DNA from: Crocosphaera subtropica ATCC 51142
GTDB taxonomy: Bacteria > Cyanobacteriota > Cyanobacteriia > Cyanobacteriales > Microcystaceae
Direction: 5' to 3'
DNA length: 32,000 nt
Assembly: GCF_000017845.1 (NCBI RefSeq)
Contig: NC_010546.1
Coordinates: 4,770,001 to 4,802,000 of the forward strand
A program made the translations under genes and the position numbers. The notes under the pieces were generated by a model that was not told the origin of the DNA, did no database searches, and saw nothing but the letters and a program-made list of their open reading frames with translations. This document shows positions 27,501-32,000 of the stretch, one piece after another. How positions within the stretch are numbered: position 1 is the stretch's first letter; every line of letters starts with the position of its first letter.

Positions 27501-27701
27501 CCAACTATGGCGAATACTATCACTGATTTTGCCATTGATGAGGATGTCATGGGCTTTGGTGCTACTGATCTTGATTTTGATCAGCTAACCTTAACCCAAG
27601 AAGGTAATAGTACAGTGATCAACGCTTTAGGACAGGATTTAGCCATCTTATCCAATATTCAAGCCAGTGATTTAAGTGCTTCTGATTTTGTCTTTGCTTA
27701 A
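24564..27701 (+). CDS. phoA: Atypical alkaline phosphatase with a tandemly duplicated catalytic domain and an RTX-like C-terminal module
   Basis: Each half carries IFIHPDGTSPSH, VGTSN(A/G)GAV.HA.GIK (compare PhoA TDSAASATA), VVLEEEG.DNF and TAADSD.GGLE. The C-terminus has AGSGNDYVD, LGSGDDLFF and GGSGSDQFW repeats. I prefer the ATG at 24564 (MANNNSVIF) over the TTG at 24528. No signal peptide. Confidence 0.8.
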   Translation: MANNNSVIFIHPDGTSPSHFMAGRLVSVGPDGLLNWDRMTKAGVYLGHMEDQLVGTSNAGAVTHAFGIKAFSGSYGLDENGNPYTSLSGQEGMTIMEEAIAAGKVTAVINSGFIAEPGTGVFLADTENRGNVEEITLEIVESGVDVIMGGGEIHYLPEGVTGRFGEEGIREDGRNLIEEAQADGYTVVYTLEELANLPANTEKVLGIFAAEDTYNDTTEARLKEQGFEDEQGNLILYGQPGNENPPTVSQMLEATLGLDIFQNPENGMFVVLEEEGTDNFGNNNNAAGTIEAVLRADAAIGVAQDYIDNVNPHTLLITAADSDGGGLEVDDRSGETVGTTRVQPPFDPDPRVPYDGTTGNDTAPFVTGQPDANGDTFEFGVLWSGNPDVAGSIVSKTYGLNAEKLPATVDNTGIYRLMYETLFNVALDAPEGIPDEIPEPPAPTKETGNVIFIHPDGTSPSHYAAARFSSVSPDGRLNWDNMTDAGVYLGHMDDRIVGTSNGGAVVHAYGIKPYAGSYGLDADGNPYTSLSGLEGTTIMQEAIAAGKPTAVINSGFIAEPGTGVFLSAAENRSNVQEITLEIVESGVDVIMGGGEIHYLPEGVTGRFGEEGIREDGRNLIQEAQEDGYTVVYTLEELLNLPTNTEKVLGIFAAEDTYNDTTEANLVEQGFVNEDGSLILYGQPGNENPPTVAQMLEVTLGLDQFVNAEDGFMVVLEEEGADNFPNNNNGAGAIEATLRGDAAIGVAQNFVRNVNPNTLVLTAADSDAGGLEVDDVSGETVGSVTVQGPYENRVPRDGVEGNDGTPFVTGAPDANGDTFEFGLAYASTTDVAGSIVAKSFGLNSDLLKATADNTDMYRIMYETLFGVAPEDVERFDPVAFGSAEDDFFDTVISGSDFVGAANQLLFAGSGNDYVDVSQTPDAFNRIDLGSGDDLFFAGSGDRILASSGDDILFLGSGGDNVVTGGSGSDQFWLLTDSEDLPTMANTITDFAIDEDVMGFGATDLDFDQLTLTQEGNSTVINALGQDLAILSNIQASDLSASDFVFA
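24579..27161 (+). repeat. Intragenic tandem duplication, period 1329 bp (443 codons): unit 1 at 24579..25838, unit 2 at 25908..27161
   Basis: VIFIHPDG at codons 19 and 462 of the track ORF. GATTATGGGG at 25001 and 26330. The units are colinear throughout, with one 2-codon indel near the end. Confidence 0.9.
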
Positions 27702-27894
27702 TATCTTAGGTCGTGATTTCTAGATGGATTTAATACTGTTACTGATTTGACTTTTGCATAACATAAAAAATTGGGATAGTTCTCTCTTGTTTGACGGGAC
27801 TATCCTAATTCTTAATACTAGATCGATTGTATTAAAGTCCGAGACAAAATTCTTACATAGCAGTACAAAAATTAGTTAGGACATTTTTTATATT

Positions 27895-28008
27895 CATATC
27901 TTGCACCTTCGATCACATTAGCTAGTTTCTAAGGGTTCAGCCATCAGCAGTCAGCTATATGTCTATAACACTGAACGGTGAGTGCTGAATGCTTACATTA
28001 TTAAGTTT
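27895..28008. repeat. Dispersed repeat family A, copy 2 (uninterrupted, inverted relative to 3197..3470)
   Basis: The reverse complement aligns with 3197..3306 plus 3448..3470. Core palindromic element at 27930..27995. Confidence 0.7.
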
Positions 28009-28036
28009 ATGTGTTCTAGTGCAAGATGTCAGTTAT
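28005..28036. repeat. Short dispersed repeat family C, copy 2
   Basis: See 21297..21328. Confidence 0.55.
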
Positions 28037-28042
28037 CTCTTT

Positions 28043-28105
28043 GGTTGTCATTCCGAGGAACGAGGAATCTCATTAATGCCCTAACCATAACCCGTAGTGC
28101 TATAG
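28043..28105. repeat. Dispersed intergenic repeat family B, copy 2
   Basis: TTGTCATTCCGAGGAACGAGGAATCTCATTAATGCCCTAACCATAACCCGTAGTGCTATAG. It contains the tandem CGAGGAA CGAGGAA and ends 8 nt from the stop codon at 28114..28116. Confidence 0.6.
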
Positions 28106-28113
28106 ATAAAGAA

Positions 28114-31113
28114 TTAAGCAAAGACGAAATCGGCTGCACTCAAAACAGAAAGGTCAGTATTCAGTAAAATGGCTAAATCTTGGTCAAAGGCATTGATCAT
28201 GGTACTACTGCCCTCTTGAGTTAAGGTTAATCCATTAAAATCAAGCTCAGCCGTCGCAAACCCGATAACATCTTCCCCAGAGGTAAAGTCAGTAATGGTA
28301 TTTGCTTCAAGAGGTAAGTCAACCGTATCGGTAATAAGCCAGAATTGATCCATTCCAGCCCCCCCGGTAATGACGTTATTACCGCCACCAGAGCCAACCA
28401 ATAAGACATCATCACCTGATCCGGCCAAAATGCGGTTATCAGTACCACCGAAGAGATAATCATCTCCCGAACCCAAGTCAATGCGGTTACCACCAGGTGC
28501 AAAGGTAACATCTACTATGTCATCCCCAGAACCAGCAAATAACTTTTGTTCCTCACCGATAAACCCTTTTTCGTCAGGCACTTCCGTATCAAAATAATCA
28601 TCATCAGAGGTTCCAAACACGAGATCAGGAACTTCTGGTTCAGCTTCCAGTTGAGACTCAACAAACTGAGAGAGTCCGGGTAAATCATCCGTATTAATTA
28701 AATCCACCTCAGCTTCGTATAGGGGTTCCCAAACACTAGGACCATCTTTAGGTAAATTCCAGAATCTGACGATTTTATCTTCCCCTTGGACTTGTTCAAC
28801 AATATTCGCTAATTCAGCTTGAGTATCTTCAGGAATAGTGCCGATTCCATCCCAAGCTAAGTCCCCGTTGAAAAAATTATTCCAATTATCACTAATGAGA
28901 GGCATAAAGCCAGGATCTTCATTAGTACCGATGTCACTTCTGCGACCATCATAACCGGCATAACGGACTTCCTGACTTTCCATAAAGTCTCTGGGACGGT
29001 TGCCAGAAATAATGGGGGTCACAGCACCAGGCGTAACCGTATAGCTTCCAGTTCCATCTTGCTCGTAAGTGGTAAATAAACCAGGAGACTCGGTTTGATA
29101 TTCAGTTAAAACTTCATGCAGTCTTTGATAAGTCGAAAGTCCATCACTCTTGATATCAACTAAGAGGGTTAAAGAGGTGCCATCTTCGTAAACACCTCCA
29201 TTATTAAACTCTTCATATAAATCTTGGAGAGGATCAAGATAAAGTTCTTCTATGGTGGGTAAGGTAGCAGGATCATCAACGGGATCATGAGCAACCCGTA
29301 AATTGTTGTTATCGTCAGGATACAGCCAGATATCTGATTCTACACTCACGAAACCGTAGCTCAGAGCATCTAATAAAGGAAATAGATGTTCATAATCGTT
29401 GTGAGCGTGGGTACGAGGCAAAGATTCGCTTCTAGGAGTAGGAATTTCCGCTAAAAAGGCTAACTGTCCCCCTTGAACTAAGTTTTCCTCAGCAATGACT
29501 CCATCTCGTAAACTGTGTGCTTGAGTATCGAAGAGGAATAAATTACCGTTTTCCCGTCCGAATAGTTCTGTTACATCTAAAATACCAGAAGATTCCCAGT
29601 TGCCAATATCATCAGGAGAGGGATCGGTTTGAGCAATGGGATCAACTGGTACGCCAGAACGATCCATTTGAGCAATACGGGTTAATTCTCCAGTTTCGGG
29701 GTCTAATTCCCAAATAGAAGCTTCTTCCCCTGATGTTCCCCCAAACAGAGAACCAGGAGAGGTAGAACGGTCTTCATTAATATAAATTTTACCGTTGTCT
29801 GCCCAGTCTAAGTTATCAGGACTCCGTAACCCAAAATCAGGATCGCTAAATTCTCCATTCCCTGCATCGTCCCCATCGTATAAGATGTCAAGGTCAGCAC
29901 TAAGATCACTAAAATCTACCTCAACTTTGTAGGTGGTTCCCCAGTTATCGTCAGGGAAACGTCCACCCCGTCCCGTAGAGGCTAATACCGCTTCTGTACC
30001 ATCTTCGGGGTTGGTCGCTACGTCTTCAGGGCGAGAAAATTGAAATGCTCCTGCTTCGGCTACTAAAAAGTCTTGATAAATTTGGGTGGCGAAGCCTAGG
30101 GTATCGTAATCAAAAGTACCATCTCCATCTACATCGATGCCATCAAAAACACCATCCCCATCAGCATCAATATGAACACTTGCGTCAGTTGCGTCAATGA
30201 CTCCATCACTGTTGATATCTGCTGCATCAAAGATACCATCACCATTTAAGTCAGTATCAAAAACTAAATCTTCACGGTAATGTTCGATTTCTACAAAGCT
30301 ACCAGATAAGCTATTTCCAGTGCCGTTAAATCCGGCAGGATCAGGGTTATTATCGGGATCAGCTTCGTTGTCTGTATCCCCCACTTCTCCATCGGGAACC
30401 CAAGCATACAATTTACCCCCTGTTAACCCGTTCCGTTCTAGAAACCCTGCATCTACAGTGGTGTCTTTTTTCCCAACGTATAGTAATAGGGGTGCTGCTT
30501 CTCGGTCATCTCCCACTAAAATAGCCACTTCTTCGGTGTTACCGATATCGAGTTGGGTAACATTTTCCCATGCTGCCCTTCCTAACCAGGGAACCGCATA
30601 AAGGGTATTGGTAGCCACATCTAGGGCAAACTCTGTACCCCCAAAAGTTTCTTCTCCAGTGAAGTAAATACCATCAACAAAGCCATACCCTTCCCCAAAC
30701 TGGTGCGCTTCGATGTAAATTGAGGAACAGAGACGGTTAATTCCTTCAAATTCTAGGTCAGAGGCTTCGTCTACTTCTTCTCCAGCACGATTGATAATCG
30801 TATCATAAGCCAAACCTGCATCAATCACTTCTAAGGTTTGTTTATCAAAGTCAAAATAACTGACTCTGGCACCGGTTAAAGCGGTTCCATTGGCTAACGT
30901 ATAAGCATAACCTGAACCACTGGTTAATTCGTGGTTGGTTAAAACTCTAACGGTATTTTCATCGAGTTCAAATGCGCCAATACCATCCAAAATACCAACA
31001 GGAGTATAGTCTCCTGCTGTGGTTGGAATGGTTTCACCAATGGTAACCAATGGTTTAACGTCATAGCCATTTAGACCGATCATTTGAGCCGGTTGAGTGG
31101 TGGTAAATGCCAT
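28114..31113 (-). CDS. Multidomain secreted phosphoesterase: PhoX-like (DUF839) beta-propeller with a DxDxDG Ca-loop insert, a PLC/GDPD-like (AIM6-type) phosphodiesterase domain and an RTX-like C-terminal module
   Basis: 999 aa. PhoX-like motifs NRLCSS...IYFTGEE, WLGRAAWENV, FSRPEDVATNP and SPDNLDWADNGKIYINED. Ca loops DLNGDGIFD, DINSDGVID, DADGDGVFD and DVDGDGTFD. PLC-like THAHNDYEHLFPLLDALSYGFVSVESDIWL..LRVAHD. The tail is paralogous to that of the phosphatase at 24564..27701. No signal peptide. Confidence 0.7.
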   Translation of the reverse strand: MAFTTTQPAQMIGLNGYDVKPLVTIGETIPTTAGDYTPVGILDGIGAFELDENTVRVLTNHELTSGSGYAYTLANGTALTGARVSYFDFDKQTLEVIDAGLAYDTIINRAGEEVDEASDLEFEGINRLCSSIYIEAHQFGEGYGFVDGIYFTGEETFGGTEFALDVATNTLYAVPWLGRAAWENVTQLDIGNTEEVAILVGDDREAAPLLLYVGKKDTTVDAGFLERNGLTGGKLYAWVPDGEVGDTDNEADPDNNPDPAGFNGTGNSLSGSFVEIEHYREDLVFDTDLNGDGIFDAADINSDGVIDATDASVHIDADGDGVFDGIDVDGDGTFDYDTLGFATQIYQDFLVAEAGAFQFSRPEDVATNPEDGTEAVLASTGRGGRFPDDNWGTTYKVEVDFSDLSADLDILYDGDDAGNGEFSDPDFGLRSPDNLDWADNGKIYINEDRSTSPGSLFGGTSGEEASIWELDPETGELTRIAQMDRSGVPVDPIAQTDPSPDDIGNWESSGILDVTELFGRENGNLFLFDTQAHSLRDGVIAEENLVQGGQLAFLAEIPTPRSESLPRTHAHNDYEHLFPLLDALSYGFVSVESDIWLYPDDNNNLRVAHDPVDDPATLPTIEELYLDPLQDLYEEFNNGGVYEDGTSLTLLVDIKSDGLSTYQRLHEVLTEYQTESPGLFTTYEQDGTGSYTVTPGAVTPIISGNRPRDFMESQEVRYAGYDGRRSDIGTNEDPGFMPLISDNWNNFFNGDLAWDGIGTIPEDTQAELANIVEQVQGEDKIVRFWNLPKDGPSVWEPLYEAEVDLINTDDLPGLSQFVESQLEAEPEVPDLVFGTSDDDYFDTEVPDEKGFIGEEQKLFAGSGDDIVDVTFAPGGNRIDLGSGDDYLFGGTDNRILAGSGDDVLLVGSGGGNNVITGGAGMDQFWLITDTVDLPLEANTITDFTSGEDVIGFATAELDFNGLTLTQEGSSTMINAFDQDLAILLNTDLSVLSAADFVFA

Positions 31114-31183
31114 AATTTTTTTTCGTTTACAGGATGGATCGAAGGTTTAAAGGCAGCATTTACCAAAGATTTTCACAACAAGC

Positions 31184-31213
31184 AGATTAATAGCAATTGA
31201 ATACTATTAATCT
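31184..31213. promoter_or_regulatory. Perfect 10-bp inverted repeat (candidate operator) upstream of the PhoX-like gene
   Basis: AGATTAATAG (31184..31193), a 10-nt spacer, then CTATTAATCT (31204..31213), 71-100 bp upstream of the ATG at 31113. Confidence 0.3.
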
Positions 31214-31424
31214 TTATTTTATAATTGGAATCTAGAACAATTTGAGGTTTCTTGTTAAACCTTTTGGTACAGGAAGAAAGCCCTCTTCCTGTGCTGCCTT
31301 TCAACTTTTACAAGACTATGCTAGATGATAACTCACAAAAGAAGGTTAAGAAGAAAATAAGCTTTGGTAAGATCATCTCTTGCATTTTTGATAAAATTAA
31401 ATATTTTAGAGAGGGAATAGAATT

Positions 31425-31646
31425 TTATTTTGCTCTTGCTTGAAACGGATTATCTTCAAAGTAAGTTGAATCGTATAAATTTGCACCTGCATTAATTAAA
31501 AGCTTAACAATCTCTTTTCTCCTCAGCTTAATAGCAAGTAGTAAAGGAGTAAAACGCTCATTTTTGTCAACTCGATTAACATTAATTCCTTCAGCTATCA
31601 GTTCTTTAATTCTCGATAAATTAAGACGAATTTTTTTAATGATCGC
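31425..31646 (-). pseudogene. Ankyrin-repeat protein fragment lacking a start codon
   Basis: The open frame reads ...LSRIKELIAEGINVNRVDKNERFTPLLLAIKLRRKEIVKLLINAGANLYD..., a canonical ankyrin pattern (TPLL.A...G..EIVKLLI.AGAN). There is no ATG, GTG or TTG at its 5' end. Confidence 0.5.
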
Positions 31647-31678
31647 TTAAACCGTGAAGTTAGAACTAATTGTTTCAT
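31598..31678 (-). pseudogene. RelE/ParE-type toxin remnant (N-terminal 26 codons)
   Basis: MKQLVLTSRFKRSLKKFV... resembles the N-terminus of cyanobacterial RelE/StbE toxins. Its ATG overlaps the upstream stop in an ATGA junction. It terminates after 26 codons. Confidence 0.45.
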
Positions 31679-31731
31679 TCATCCTTGTTATCTTGTAAAG
31701 AATTACGCAAATCAGCGATCGCTTGGGTAGC
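31675..31731 (-). pseudogene. Antitoxin C-terminal remnant (18 codons)
   Basis: ATQAIADLRNSLQDNKDE-stop, preceded by an in-frame TAA. Its stop TGA overlaps the toxin ATG. Confidence 0.35.
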
Positions 31732-31778
31732 TTACATCGCTGGTAACTTACCTGTTCGATTAACATAACTACTTAAGT

Positions 31779-32000
31779 TTAACCCTTAGCTAATGTTTGA
31801 CGATTTCGCCACCAAGCTAGTGAGGTACTCGCAATAAAAATACTCGAATAAGAACCAGCAATAAAGCCTAAAATTAATGCCAGGGCAAAAAACTTAAGGG
31901 TTTCACCACCAAATAAGAAAATAGCAACCAGAGGCAATAAAGTGGTAAGGGTAGTATTAATAGAACGACCAAGGGTTTGATTAACAGAATTTTCTACAAT
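31779..32000 (-). CDS. secF: Protein-export membrane protein SecF, C-terminal part (the 5' end lies beyond the window)
   Basis: [64 protein letters not shown] matches the conserved SecF C-terminus. The frame is open to the window edge. Confidence 0.8.
   Translation of the reverse strand: MVENSVNQTLGRSINTTLTTLLPLVAIFLFGGETLKFFALALILGFIAGSYSSIFIASTSLAWWRNRQTLAKG

Noticed and set aside
31252-31443. 63-aa plus-strand ORF in the track
   Set aside because: It has AT-rich, low-complexity sequence, no RBS and no recognisable motif. It overlaps the end of the minus-strand ankyrin fragment and is likely spurious.

Overview
This is a cyanobacterial chromosomal window. By eye it is about 38-40% GC, I counted roughly 19 copies of the HIP1 octamer GCGATCGC, and the gene content looks like a unicellular Cyanothece/Crocosphaera-type genome. 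The taxon is an inference.

The housekeeping backbone comprises a CrtR-like hydroxylase, a PaO-type Rieske oxygenase, NUDIX, gor, tkt, a LivK-like binding protein plus a lipoprotein, an FAD oxidoreductase, a pentapeptide-repeat protein, nagA, purE, recA, cobyrinate a,c-diamide synthase and a partial secF.

The most striking content is three very large phosphorus-scavenging exoenzymes. All three lack an N-terminal signal peptide and end in Gly/Asp nonapeptide (RTX-like) Ca-binding tails:
- a NucH/ExeM-type nuclease with three lamin-tail domains (3510..7268, minus strand);
- an atypical alkaline phosphatase whose catalytic domain is tandemly duplicated (24564..27701, plus strand);
- a PhoX-like beta-propeller fused to a PLC/GDPD-like phosphodiesterase (28114..31113, minus strand).
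The last two share a paralogous C-terminal module and converge on a spacer packed with short dispersed repeats. No type I secretion genes are present in the window.

Other signals:
- two copies of a G/C-rich palindromic element translated in frame inside the cobyrinate a,c-diamide synthase gene;
- a 54% GC, highly base-paired 125-nt island with B12-box-like motifs just downstream of that gene;
- a 116-bp MITE-like element carrying a heptamer array that splits a Uma2-family gene, where precise excision restores the frame;
- a nested MITE with a 9-bp target duplication whose empty site is also present in the window;
- a frameshifted SH3b gene;
- toxin-antitoxin and ankyrin remnants next to secF;
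- Pho-box-like 11-bp-phased repeats upstream of the nuclease.

All family assignments come from motif recognition by eye. No database searches were run.
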